DNA of 63,912 nucleotides, filler included, from Nemertoderma westbladi (lineage: Eukaryota; Animalia; Xenacoelomorpha): NCBI GenBank assembly GCA_032718475.1. It is 4 parts of 4 records of this genome, joined end to end, with 100 filler letters (N's around TTAATTAATTAA, not from the genome) between each part and the next. Parts side by side here need not be neighbours in the genome. Positions count along the whole stretch, not along the records: positions 18,195 to 37,205 come from JAUCBJ010002902.1; positions 37,306 to 56,355 come from JAUCBJ010001543.1; 2 more parts are not named here. One strand, 5' to 3'. The position numbers and the translations under genes are program-made. Every line of letters starts with the position of its first letter. Position 1 is the stretch's first letter. The notes beneath the pieces were generated by a model. It worked only from the letters and a program-made list of their open reading frames with translations. It had not been told where the DNA came from and searched no databases. Below, one piece after another: positions 35,137-49,969 of this stretch.

Positions 35137-36709
35137 CCCTATTAAACCCGGGGGGGGGGGGTCAATATGACCCCCCCCCCCGTGGTTTTTTTATTATAAT
35201 TCTGAAACAAACGCAGTTGGGAATCTGCAATTTTATGAATTTTCTTAAAAATCTATTGTCTTCCTAATAGTGAAAACCGTTTTCAAAAATATTGGGTACT
35301 TTTCGAGTTATAGCACCATTTTTTAACCCTACTTTTGACACTTTTTTTGAGACGTTTTTTGAAAATTACATTTCATTAAATATGAATTTTAACATCTCTA
35401 TTTTTTATTTACACCGGTTTTTTGGTGTTAGAAATTGGATGAAATTCATATAAATTGATTTAGAAATTTCAAACTTTTTTTTTTCGGTGGGTGCCATATT
35501 TTGGTGCCAGCACCAAATTTTGAAATATGTCAATTTTGTAAATTGATTGTTTGAAAATTTTTTTACGCAATTGGGGTTTTTTGTGGTTCTGGATTCGATT
35601 AAATATATACGAGTTGCACCAAGCGTATCAAACTCGTATTTTTCGGTGCTGTGTGCAAATTTTGGTGCTAGCACGAAATTTTGAAAAAATCCATTCAATA
35701 GATAAAATTGCTTGTGACAATTTATTTCTAGCGTTTTAGAGGTTTATGGCTGTTCTGAATTCAATGGAATATATAATTATCGAACTAGACATCTCAAACT
35801 TGTATTTTTCGGATGTGGGTGCAAAATGTGGTGCTAGCACCAAATTTTGAGAACCATCAAATATATCAATTGATTGTGTCACCTTGTTTCTTGCGTTATA
35901 CGGGTTTGTGATGGTTCTGAATTCAATGGAATCAGTAAAAATTTCATAAGAGTTCTCAAACTTGTATTTTTCGCCGGTGGGTGAAAATTGTTGTGCCAGC
36001 ACCAAATTTTGGAAAATATGCAAATTGATCAGTAGATAGTATCACCTTGTTTCTTGCGTTATGCGAGTTTTTTTGAGGGTCCTGAATCCGATGGAATCAA
36101 TAAAAACAGCACTGGACATCGCAAACTTGTAATTTTTGGTGATGGGTACGAAATTTGGTGCTAGCACCAAAATTTGCCAAATTGCGCCGAAAAATACAAG
36201 TATCAATGATCTGGCATATTAGAAATGTATTCCATTATAATCAGCGCCCTCGAAAACCTGAAAATGTGAATTTATAGCATCGTATAAGTGAATTAAAAAT
36301 TTTGTGTTCTAACTGAAAAGTGCTGGTTACTTGTTTTTTTCATTTTTTTCCTACGCAGAGAGGACTAAACAGCCATTTATAGTAATCATATCATTTTTAA
36401 ATATTTTCCAATGTATTTTGCACCCCAGAATACCTGTATTGAAAAATAATTAGCCGAACTTTCAAATTTTGTGAAAATTGTGCACTACTTGTAATTTTGG
36501 TGCTGCAATATAACCACCCCAGTACATTTTTTCGAAAATTTTTTTTTTCGGTCGGATCCAGACAAGTGATACCTACGTACAAACAAAAAATCGGACGTTT
36601 TCGTAAATATTTGTAGATTTTAGAGGGGGGGGGGGGGGGGGTCAATATGACCCCCCCCCCCCCCCCCCCCGGTATTTGTACATCATTTTATAGCCCGGTA
36701 CTAATAGGG
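35137..36709. mobile_element. Non-autonomous piggyBac-like element
   Basis: TTAA on both sides; TIR CCCTATTA..CCGGG / CCCGG..TAATAGGG; G-run GTCAATATGA C-run hairpin near both ends; internal ~160-bp degenerate repeats. It interrupts another repeat rich in GAACGTTCA (about 34926-36830). Confidence 0.85.
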
Positions 36710-37205
36710 TTAATGAACTAAATCAAACGAATATTGAACGTTCAAATTACATTCAGTTTTGCGTTCAGTTTTTGTACCTAAATATGTATGTTGTTTGAAC
36801 GTTTATGAACGTTCAAACATAATTTACTTTAATTTGTTATGTCAATGGCATTAAATTGGTTCAAACTTGTTCGTGGCACAATTATCTGATTATTTATAAT
36901 TGTACATTATTTTTTTGTGTTACTTAGCCTACTCCTTGCATGGTATGGTTGGTGTGGTTCCGCTTATACCTAGACTAATGGTTCCTTCCAAATACGAAAC
37001 AATTACTTTAAGTAATCACAAAATTAATCACACAACAAAACACTGATAACCAATATAATGCTGACAAATTTTTACACATTTTAAACAACAAATAACATCA
37101 AAATTAAACAAAGGTGATTCCTCTGACTTCAAAAGCTGAGACACTATGACACAAAAAAATGTATTAAAATTATTACAATATATTAGGCCTATTGAACCAA
37201 GAAAA

Positions 37206-37305
37206 NNNNNNNNNNNNNNNNNNNNNNNNNNNNNNNNNNNNNNNNNNNNTTAATTAATTAANNNNNNNNNNNNNNNNNNNNNNNNNNNNNNNNNNNNNNN
37301 NNNNN
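37206..37305. other. Artificial contig linker
   Basis: N-run with a central TTAATTAATTAA. Confidence 0.97.
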
Positions 37306-40300
37306 CTACCTACCTTGTACTTACCTGATACCTACCTTGTACTTACCTGATACCTACCTTGTACTTACCTGATACCTACCTTGTACTTACCTGATACCTA
37401 CCTTGTACTTACCTGATATCTACCTTGTACTTACCTGATACCTACCTTGTACTTACCTGATACCTACCTTGTACTTACCTGATACCTACCTTGTACTTAC
37501 CTGATACCTACCTTGTACTTACCTGATACATACCTTGTACTTACATGATACCTACCTTGTACTTACCTGATACCTACCTTGTACTTACCTGATACCTACC
37601 TTGTACTTACCTGATACATACCTTGTACTTACCTGATACCTACCTTGTACTTACCTGATACCTACCTTGTACTTACCTAATACCCACCTTGTACTTACTG
37701 TACCTGATACCTACCTTGTACTTACTTGATACCTACCTTGTACTTACCTGATACCTACCTTGTACTTACCTGATACCTACCTTGTACTTACCTGATACCT
37801 ACCTTGTACTTACCTGATACCTACCTTGTACTTACCTGATACCTACCTTGTACTTACCTGATACCTACCTTGTACTTACCTGATACCTACCTTGTACTTA
37901 CCTGATACATACCTTGTACTTACATGATACCTACCTTGTACTTACCTGATACCTACCTTGTACTTACCTGATACCTACCTTGTACTTACCTGATACCTAC
38001 CTACCTTGTACTTACCTGATACCTACCTTGTACTTACCTGATACCTACCTTGTACTTACCTGATACCTACCTTGTACTTACCTGATACCTACCTTGTACT
38101 TACCTGATACCTACCTTGTACTTACCTGATACCTACCTTGTACTTACCTGATACCTACCTTGTACTTACCTGATACCTACCTTGTACTTACCTGATACCT
38201 ACCTACCTTGTACTTACCTGATACCTACCTTGTACTTACCTGATACCTACCTTGTACTTACCTGATACCCACCTTGTACTTACCTGATACCTACCTTGTA
38301 CTTACCTGATACTACCTACCTTGTACTTACCTGATACCTACCTTGTACTTACCTGATACCTACCTTGTACTTACCTGATACCCACCTTGTACTTACCTGA
38401 TACCTACCTACCTTGTACTTACCTGATACCTACCTTGTACTTACCTGATACCTACCTTGTACTTACCTGATACCTACCTTGTACTTACCTGATACCTACC
38501 TTGTACTTACCTGATACCTACCTTGTACTTACCTGATACCTACCTTGTACTTACCTGATACCTACCTTGTACTTACCTGATACCTACCTTGTACTTACCT
38601 GATACCTACCTTGTACTTACCTGATACATACCTTGTACTTACATGATACCTACCTTGTACTTACCTGATACCTACCTTGTACTTACCTGATACCTACCTT
38701 GTACTTACCTGATACCTACCTACCTTGTACTTACCTGATACCTACCTTGTACTTACCTGATACCTACCTTGTACTTACCTGATACCTACCTTGTACTTAC
38801 CTGATACCTACCTTGTACTTACCTGATACCTACCTTGTACTTACCTGATACCTACCTTGTACTTACCTGATACCTACCTACCTTGTACTTACCTGATACC
38901 TACCTTGTACTTACCTGATACCTACCTTGTACTTACCTGATACCTACCTTGTACTTACCTGATACCTACCTTGTACTTACCTGATACCTACCTACCTTGT
39001 ACTTACCTGATACCTACCTTGTACTTACCTGATACCTACCTTGTACTTACCTGATACCTACCTTGTACTTACCTGATACCTACCTTGTACTTACCTGATA
39101 TCTACCTTGTACTTACCTGATACCTACCTTGTACTTACCTGATACCTACCTTGTACTTACCTGATACCTACCTTGTACTTACCTGATACCTACCTTGTAC
39201 TTACCTGATACATACCTTGTACTTACATGATACCTACCTTGTACTTACCTGATACCTACCTTGTACTTACCTGATACCTACCTTGTACTTACCTGATACC
39301 TACCTTGTACTTACCTGATACCTACCTTGTACTTACCTGATACCTACCTTGTACTTACCTAATACCTACCTTGTACTTACTGTACCTGATACCTACCTTG
39401 TACTTACCTGATACCTACCTTGTACTTACCTGATACCTACCTTGTACTTACCTGATACCTACCTTGTACTTACCTGATACCTACCTTGTACTTACCTGAT
39501 ACCTACCTTGTACTTACCTGATACCTACCTTGTACTTACCTGATACCTACCTTGTACTTACCTGATACCTACCTTGTACTTACCTGATACATACCTTGTA
39601 CTTACATGATACCTACCTTGTACTTACCTGATACCTACCTTGTACTTACCTGATACCTACCTTGTACTTACCTGATACCTACCTTGTACTTACCTGATAC
39701 CTACCTTGTACTTACCTGATACCTACCTTGTACTTACCTGATACCTACCTTGTACTTACCTGATACCTACCTTGTACTTACCTGATACCTACCTTGTACT
39801 TACCTGATACCTACCTTGTACTTACCTGATACCTACCTTGTACTTACCTGATACCTACCTTGTACTTACCTGATACCTACCTTGTACTTACCTGATACCT
39901 AACTTGTACTTACCTGATACCTACCTTGTACTTACCTGATACCTACCTTGTACTTACCTGATACCTACCTTGTACTTACCTGATACCTACCTTGTACTTA
40001 CCTGATACCTACCTTGTACTTACCTGATACCTACCTTGTACTTACCTGATACCTACCTTGTACTTACCTGATACCTACCTTGTACTTACCTGATACCTAC
40101 CTTGTACTTACCTGATACCTACCTTGTACTTACCTGATACCTACCTTGTACTTACCTGATACCTACCTTGTACTTACCTGATACCTACCTTGTACTTACC
40201 TGATACCTACCTTGTACTTACCTGATACCTACCTACCATGTACTTACCTGATACATACCTTGTACTTACCTGATACCTACCTTGTACTTACCTGATACCT

Positions 40301-43300
40301 ACCTTGTACTTACCTGATACCTACCTTGTACTTACCTGATACCTACCTTGTACTTACCTGATACCTACCTTGTACTTACCTGATACCTACCTTGTACTTA
40401 CCTGATACCTACCTTGTACTTACCTGATACCTACCTTGTACTTACCTGATACCTACCTACCTTGTACTTACCTGATACATACCTTGTACTTACCTGATAC
40501 CTACCTTGTACTTACCTGATACCTACCTACCTTGTACTTACCTGATACATACCTTGTACTTACCTGATACCTACCTTGTACTTCCCTGATACCTACCTTG
40601 TACTTACTTACCTGATACCTACCTTGTACTTACCTGATACCTACCTTGTACTTACCTGATACCTACCTTGAACTTACATGATACCTACCTTGTACTTACC
40701 TGATACCTACCTTGTACTTACCTGATACCTACCTTGTACTTACCTGATACCTACCTTGTACTTACCTGATACCTACCTTGTACTTACCTAATACCTACCT
40801 TGTACTTACCTGATACCTACCTTGTACTTACCTGATACCTACCTTGTACTTACCTGATACCTACCTTGTACTTACCTGATACCTACCTTGTACTTACCTG
40901 ATACCTACCTTGTACTTACCTGATACCTACCTTGTACTTACCTGATACCTACCTTGTACTTACCTGATACCTACCTTGTACTTAACTGATACCTACCTTG
41001 TACTTACCTGATATCTACCTTGTACTTACCTGATACCTACCTTGTACTTACCTGATACCTACCTTGTACTTACCTGATACCTACCTTGTACTTACCTGAT
41101 ACCTACCTTGTACTTACCTGATACCTACCTTGTACTTACCTGATACCTACCTTGTACTTACCTGATACCTACCTTGTACTTACCTGATACCTACCTTGTA
41201 CTTACCTGATACCTACCTTGTACTTACCTGATACCTACCTTGTACTTACCTGATACCTACCTACCTTGTACTTACCTGATACCTACCTTGTACTTACCTG
41301 ATACCTACCTTGTACTTACCTGATACCTACCTTGTACTTACCTGATACCTACCTTGTACTTACCTGATACCTACCTTGTACTTACCTGATACCTACCTTG
41401 TACTTACCTGATACCTACCTTGTACTTACCTGATACCTACCTTGTACTTACCTGATACCTACCTTGTACTTACCTGATACCTACCTTGTACTTACCTGAT
41501 ACCTACCTTGTACTTACCTGATACCTACCTTGTACTTACCTGATACCTACCTTGTACTTACCTGATACCTACCTTGTACTTACCTGATACCTACCTTGTA
41601 CTTACCTGATACCTACCTTGTACTTACCTGATACCTACCTTGTACTTACCTGATACCTACCTACCTTGTACTTACCTGATACCTACCTTGTACTTACCTG
41701 ATACCTACCTTGTACTTACCTGATACCTACCTACCTTGTACTTACCTGATACCTACCTTGTACTTACCTGATACCTACCTTGTACTTACCTGATACCTAC
41801 CTTGTACTTACCTGATACCTACCTTGTACTTACCTGATACCTACCTTGTACTTACCTGATACCTACCTACCTTGTACTTACCTGATACCTACCTTGTACT
41901 TACCTGATACCTACCTTGTACTTACCTGATACCTACCTTGTACTTACCTGATACCTACCTACCTTGTACTTACCTGATACCTACCTTGTACTTACCTGAT
42001 ACCTACCTTGTACTTACCTGATACCTACCTTGTACTTACCTGATACCTACCTTGTACTTACCTGATACCTACCTTGTACTTACCTGATACCTACCTTGTA
42101 CTTACCTGATACCTACCTACCTTGTACTTACCTGATACCTACCTTGTACTTACCTGATACCTACCTTGTACTTACCTGATACCTACCTTGTACTTACCTG
42201 ATACCTACCTTGTACTTACCTGATACCTACCTTGTACTTACCTGATACCTACCTTGTACTTACCTGATACCTACCTTGTACTTACCTGATACCTACCTTG
42301 TACTTACCTGATACCTACCTTGTACTTACCTGATACCTACCTTGTACTTACCTGATACCTACCTACCTTGTACTTACCTGATACCTACCTTTTACTTACC
42401 TGATACCTACCTTGTACTTACCTGATACCTACCTTGTACTTACCTGATACCTACCTTGTACTTACCTGATACCTACCTTGTACTTACCTGATACCTACCT
42501 TGTACTTACCTGATACCTACCTTGTACTTACCTGATACCTACCTTGTACTTACCTGATACCTACCTTGTACTTACCTGATACCTACCTACCTTGTACTTA
42601 CCTGATACCTACCTTGTACTTACCTGATACCTACCTTGTACTTACCTGATACCTACCTTGTACTTACCTGATACCTACCTTGTACTTACCTGATACCTAC
42701 CTTGTACTTACCTGATACCTACCTTGTACTTACCTGATACCTACCTTGTACTTACCTGATACCTACCTTGTACTTACCTGATACCTACCTTGTACTTACC
42801 TGATACCTACCTTGTACTTACCTGATACCTACCTTGTACTTACCTGATACCTACCTTGTACTTACCTGATACCTACCTTGTACTTACCTGATACCTACCT
42901 TGTACTTACCTGATACCTACCTTGTACTTACCTGATACCTACCTTGTACTTACCTGATACCTACCTTGTACTTACCTGATACCTACCTTGTACTTACCTG
43001 ATACCTACCTTGTACTTACCTGATACCTACCTTGTACTTACCTGATACCTACCTTGTACTTACCTGATACCTACCTTGTACTTACCTGATACCTACCTTG
43101 TACTTACCTGATACCTACCTTGTACTTACCTGATACCTACCTTGTACTTACCTGATACCTACCTTGTACTTACCTGATACCTACCTTGTACTTACCTGAT
43201 ACCTACCTTGTACTTACCTGATACCTACCTTGTACTTACCTGATACCTACCTTGTACTTACCTGATACCTACCTTGTACTTACCTGATACCTACCTTGTA

Positions 43301-46300
43301 CTTACCTGATACCTACCTTGTACTTACCTGATACCTACCTTGTACTTACCTGATACCTACCTTGTACTTACCTGATACCTACCTTGTACTTACCTGATAC
43401 CTACCTTGTACTTACCTGATACCTACCTTGTACTTACCTGATACCTACCTTGTACTTACCTGATACCTACCTTGTACTTACCTGATACCTACCTTGTACT
43501 TACCTGATACCTACCTTGTACTTACCTGATACCTACCTTGTACTTACCTGATACCTACCTTGTACTTACCTGATACCACCTACCTTGTACTTACCTGATA
43601 CATACCTTGTACTTACCTGATACCTACCTTGTACTTACCTGATACCTACCTTGCTTACTTACCTGATACCTACCTTGTACTTACCTGATACCTACCTTGT
43701 ACTTACCTGATACCTACCTTGTACTTACCTGATACCTACCTTGTACTTACCTGATACCTACCTTGTACTTACCTGATACCTACCTTGTACTTACCTGATA
43801 CCTACCTTGTACTTACCTGATACCTACCTTGTACTTACCTGATACCTACCTTGTACTTACCTGATACCTACCTTGTACTTACCTGATACCTACCTTGTAC
43901 TTACCTGATACCTACCTTGTACTTACCTGATACCTACCTTGTACTTACCTGATACCTACCTTGTACTTACCTGATACCTACCTTGTACTTACCTGATACC
44001 TACCTTGTACTTACCTGATACCTACCTTGTACTTACCTGATACCTACCTTGTACTTACCTGATATCTACCTTGTACTTACCTGATACCTACCTTGTACTT
44101 ACCTGATACCTACCTTGTACTTACCTGATACCTACCTTGTACTTACCTGATACCTACCTTGTACTTACCTGATACCTACCTTGTACTTACCTGATACCTA
44201 CCTTGTACTTACCTGATACCTACCTTGTACTTACCTGATACCTACCTTGTACTTACCTGATACCTACCTTGTACTTACCTGATACCTACCTTGTACTTAC
44301 CTGATACCTACCTACCTTGTACTTACCTGATACCTACCTTGTACTTACCTGATACCTACCTTGTACTTACCTGATACCTACCTTGTACTTACCTGATACC
44401 TACCTTGTACTTACCTGATACCTACCTTGTACTTACCTGATACCTACCTTGTACTTACCTGATACCTACCTTGTACTTACCTGATACCTACCTTGTACTT
44501 ACCTGATACCTACCTTGTACTTACCTGATACCTACCTTGTACTTACCTGATACCTACCTTGTACTTACCTGATACCTACCTTGTACTTACCTGATACCTA
44601 CCTTGTACTTACCTGATACCTACCTTGTACTTACCTGATACCTACCTTGTACTTACCTGATACCTACCTTGTACTTACCTGATACCTACCTTGTACTTAC
44701 CTGATACCTACCTTGTACTTACCTGATACCTACCTTGTACTTACCTGATACCTACCTTGTACTTACCTGATACCTACCTTGTACTTACCTGATACCTACC
44801 TTGTACTTACCTGATACCTACCTTGTACTTACCTGATACCTACCTTGTACTTACCTGATACCTACCTTGTACTTACCTGATACCTACCTTGTACTTACCT
44901 GATACCTACCTTGTACTTACCTGATACCTACCTACCTTGTACTTACCTGATACCTACCTTGTACTTACCTGATACCTACCTTGTACTTACCTGATACCTA
45001 CCTACCTTGTACTTACCTGATACCTACCTTGTACTTACCTGATACCTACCTTGTACTTACCTGATACCTACCTTGTACTTACCTGATACCTACCTTGTAC
45101 TTACCTGATACCTACCTTGTACTTACCTGTACCTACCTACCTTGTACTTACCTGATACCTACCTTGTACTTACCTGATACCTACCTTGTACTTACCTGAT
45201 ACCTACCTTGTACTTACCTGATACCTACCTTGTACTTACCTGATACCTACCTACCTTGTACTTACCTGATACCTACCTTGTACTTACCTGATACCTACCT
45301 TGTACTTACCTGATACCTACCTTGTACTTACCTGATACCTACCTTGTACTTACCTGATACCTACCTTGTACTTACCTGATACCTACCTTGTACTTACCTG
45401 ATACCTACCTTGTACTTACCTGATACCTACCTTGTACTTACCTGATACCTACCTTGTACTTACCTGATACCTACCTTGTACTTACCTGATACCTACCTTG
45501 TACTTACCTGATACCTACCTTGTACTTACCTGATACCTACCTTGTACTTACCTGATACCTACCTTGTACTTACCTGATACCTACCTTGTACTTACCTGAT
45601 ACCTACCTTGTACTTACCTGATACCTACCTTGTACTTACCTGATACCTACCTACCTTGTACTTACCTGATACCTACCTTGTACTTACCTGATACCTACCT
45701 TGTACTTACCTGATACCTACCTTGTACTTACCTGATACCTACCTTGTACTTACCTGATACCTACCTTGTACTTACCTGATACCTACCTTGTACTTACCTG
45801 ATACCTACCTTGTACTTACCTGATACCTACCTTGTACTTACCTGATACCTACCTTGTACTTACCTGATACCTACCTTGTACTTACCTGATACCTACCTTG
45901 TACTTACCTGATACCTACCTTGTACTTACCTGATACCTACCTTGTACTTACCTGATACCTACCTTGTACTTACCTGATACCTACCTTGTACTTACCTGAT
46001 ACCTACCTTGTACTTACCTGATACCTACCTTGTACTTACCTGATACCTACCTTGTACTTACCTGATACCTACCTTGTACTTACCTGATACCTACCTTGTA
46101 CTTACCTGATACCTACCTTGTACTTACCTGATACCTACCTTGTACTTACCTGATACCTACCTTGTACTTACCTGATACCTACCTTGTACTTACCTGATAC
46201 CTACCTTGTACTTACCTGATACCTACCTTGTACTTACCTGATACCTACCTTGTACTTACCTGATACCTACCTTGTACTTACCTGATACCTACCTTGTACT

Positions 46301-47078
46301 TACCTGATACCTACCTTGTACTTACCTGATACCTACCTTGTACTTACCTGATACCTACCTTGTACTTACCTGATACCTACCTTGTACTTACCTGATACCT
46401 ACCTTGTACTTACCTGATACCTACCTACCTTGTACTTACCTGATACCTACCTTGTACTTACCTGATACCTACGTTGTACTTACCTGATACCTACCTTGTA
46501 CTTACCTGATACCTACCTTGTACTTACCTGATACCTACCTTGTACTTACCTGATACCTACCTTGTACTTACCTGATACCTACCTTGTACTTACCTGATAC
46601 CTACCTTGTACTTACCTGATACCTACCTTGTACTTACCTGATACCTACCTTGTACTTACCTGATACCTACCTTGTACTTACCTGATACCTACCTTGTACT
46701 TACCTGATACCTACCTTGTACTTACCTGATACCTACCTTGTACTTACCTGATACCTACCTTGTACTTACCTGATACCTACCTTGTACTTACCTGATACCT
46801 ACCTTGTACTTACCTGATACCTACCTTGTACTTACCTGATACCTACCTTGTACTTACCTGATACCTACCTTGTACTTACCTGATACCTACCTTGTACTTA
46901 CCTGATACCTACCTTGTACTTACCTGATACCTACCTTGTACTTACCTGATACCTACCTTGTACTTACCTGATACCTACCTACCTTGTACTTACCTGATAC
47001 CTACCTTGTACTTACCTGATACCTACCTTGTACTTACCTGATACCTACCTTGTACTTACCTGATACCTACCTACCTTG
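37306..47078. repeat. 22-bp satellite, at least 9.8 kb (roughly 440 copies)
   Basis: Unit ACCTACCTTGTACTTACCTGAT with occasional extra ACCT; begins at the gap. Confidence 0.98.
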
Positions 47079-47349
47079 ATCCGCAATTTAACTCCTCGTG
47101 GCATCCAATCTGTCAATACCATAATCTGCTGCCATTGTTCTTAACCCTACTGTTGATATAATTTAGTTTCACATAATAAAGTGGTGGAGAAGAAATAAAA
47201 AAACAGGATGATATAATGTTTCAAAATATTATGTTCTTTTGGGGGTTTTGGGCTATTTCCATTGTAGGATTTGAGCCCTTTGGGGAGCTTAGTAATTCCT
47301 GGATAGCAGTTCAAAAAATGTTGTTAATAATGTGTATAGAAGGGTTGAA

Positions 47350-48285
47350 AATTTATCTACAACGAGCTATCGGACAGTAGGTCCATAAAATTAATCTACA
47401 ACGAGCTATCGGACAGTAGGTCCACAAAAGTAATCTAAAACGAGCTATCGGACAGTAGGTCCATAAAATTAATCTACAACGAGCTATCGGACAGTAGGTC
47501 CATAAAATTAATCTACAACGAGCTATCGGACAGTAGGTCCACAAAATTAATCTACAACAAACTATCGGACAGTAGGTCCACAAAATTAATCTACAACGAT
47601 CTCTCGAACTGTAGGTCCACAAAATTAATCTTCAACGATCTTTCGAACTGTAGGTCCACAAAATTAATCTACAACGAACTACCGGACTGTAGGTCCACAA
47701 AATTAATCTACAACGAACTACCGGACTGTAGGTCCACAAAATTAATCTACAACGAACTACCGGACAGTAGGTGCACAAAATTAATCTACAACGAACTATC
47801 AGACAGTAGGTCCACAAAATTAATCTACAACGAGCTATCGGACTGTAGGTCCACAAAATTAATCTACAACGAACTACCGGACAGTAGGTGCACAAAATTA
47901 ATCTACAACGAACTATCAGACAGTAGGTCCACAAAATTAATCTACAACGAGCTATCGGACAGTAGGTCCACAAAATTAATCTACAACGAGCTATCGGACT
48001 GTAGGTCCACAAAATTAATCTTCAACGATCTTTCGAACTGTAGATCCACAAAATTAATCTACAACGAACTGTCGGACAGTAGGTCCACAAAATTAATCTA
48101 CAACAAACTATCGGTCAGTAGTTCCAAAAAATTAATCTACAACGAGCTATCGGACAGTATGTCCACAAAATTAATCTACAACGAGCTATCGGACAGTAGA
48201 TCCACAAAATTAATCTACAACGAGCTATCGGACAGTAGGTCCACAAAAGTAATCTAAAACGAGCTATCGGACAGTAGGACCACAA
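47350..48285. repeat. 39-bp minisatellite, about 24 copies
   Basis: Unit AAAATTAATCTACAACGAGCTATCGGACAGTAGGTCCAC with variant blocks. Confidence 0.95.
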
Positions 48286-48479
48286 AATAGTCCTCCCAGG
48301 ATATCCGATTCGGTTGTCGCAATTCCAAGTCTAGTATCCCTTTCAAATTTGTATACATACTGTAGGCCTATATGATAGCCGGTCGACCGCAGGAGCGCGC
48401 TACCTTGTACTACTTGCCAGAAAGCCATCACAGTATATATGCAACATATATAATGCAGCTGTAAATGCAGCAAGCCGAT

Positions 48480-48870
48480 AGTTAGTAGTAGTAATGATAC
48501 AGGCCACCAGAAATGATACAGGTATGACCTCGTCTTTACTTCTCCAGCCGTGCCCACTGAGTCGTTGTCTGTGATCGATCATGTACAGTAGATGTACTCT
48601 GATGTAGGTGGTATTGACCCACAAGCCTTGCGATTGTACAGTATGTTATGTCTCCATCTGATGTTTAGGGCTGGCCTTCGTAGTCTTGTGTAGCAACCAT
48701 CAATTCGTTGTTTAAGTGATTTAGTCAGTGTCCAGGTCTCACCCCCGTATAAAATTACACTTTCCACTGTGGCTCGAAAGAACTTGGTCTTCAGGTTCAA
48801 GGGAAGGTCTAATTTACATATGGTATCCATTTTTGATAGAGCTAACCATGCCTTGGGTGTCTATAACATT
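48480..48870 (-). pseudogene. 3' fragment of RTE-type LINE family B
   Basis: LKTKFFRATVESVILYGGETWTLTK...DGCYTRL..ALNI.W; close to 52085-52290. Confidence 0.85.
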
Positions 48871-49969
48871 GTTGAATCTTCGAGTTTCAGTTAAAGTTAC
48901 ATTACATAGGGTAACATAGAAACGGGAGACGTTGCTTCTAACTTGTCCAGATTCTTTGTAGTATCCCAAACCTGTTACTACAAAGGCAAACTCCGCGGGG
49001 TGCTTATTTCTGCACATGAAAACTCTTCAGCCAAGTGACATCGGCGTCTGACCAAATCTTGTGTATCCCATTGTAGATGGTGCTGAAAGGGCCGTGAGAA
49101 TATGCAGTTCGGTAGGGGGGTAAAGATATAAATGATGGGTGACGATGGATCTCGACCCTGTACAATTGAAAGATGTAAGACTTTGTCAAAATCCTTTGCC
49201 ATCGTGCGGTTTCGATTGGCAATTTCATGGAAGGACCAAACCAGAATGAATCCACAAGAGTCTGCAGGGTTCAATTACAATTAATTATAATTAATTTCAA
49301 CAACTAGACAGGTGCAGTTAATTCATTATTGCACTGGATCCATTATGATGTTTCTTTTCTTTAGAAGTTTATATTACTATTAAGGAGGGGAATTCACTTT
49401 GTGTATTTATTAACTACTACAATACCTATCTGGAACCTTTCATATACACTGCAAAAAATAATGCAATACACTTTCCATGAATGTTGTTTACAATACTGCG
49501 CTTAACACTGAATGATTTTAATACTTCAGTTAACTAAGGCTGCAGGAAAACTGCACTAATCTTAATTTATTTAAGGATTTCTATATTTTGCTCTACTTGT
49601 AAATTTCATTGCTCCCTGCACGTAGTGCAAAAAACCTTTTTCCGTACATCTAGTGTATTTCTAGTTGCTCTTATCGGCCTCAGCGACCTCAAAAACCTAC
49701 ATAAAATCGAAAGCGGAACTAATTTCTAAGAAATAAACTGATTTAAGTAAATAGTGTAATTGGATTTAAAAATTATAATGAGGACATTCACATTCTACAC
49801 CCAAACCGCATTATTTGCTCTTGTTATTGGTAAGTTAGATTTGAGTAATACAGTAGTAACTTAAGTTTTATTTTTATTGTTTTTTTTTTAATTTATATAT
49901 TATTAGCGTTATTGGTATTGATATGGAGTTTGTTTCTAAAGAGTGTAACGTGTGAATTTTATTATTGCA

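Noticed and set aside
37306-47078. Tandem U1 snRNA genes
   Set aside because: Only the first ~10 nt of U1 match; there are no stem-loops, Sm site or snRNA promoter.
47353-48012. Cys-rich repeat proteins (WTYCPIARCRLIL)n
   Set aside because: These are translations of a 39-bp minisatellite, with non-ATG starts and no splice or domain support.
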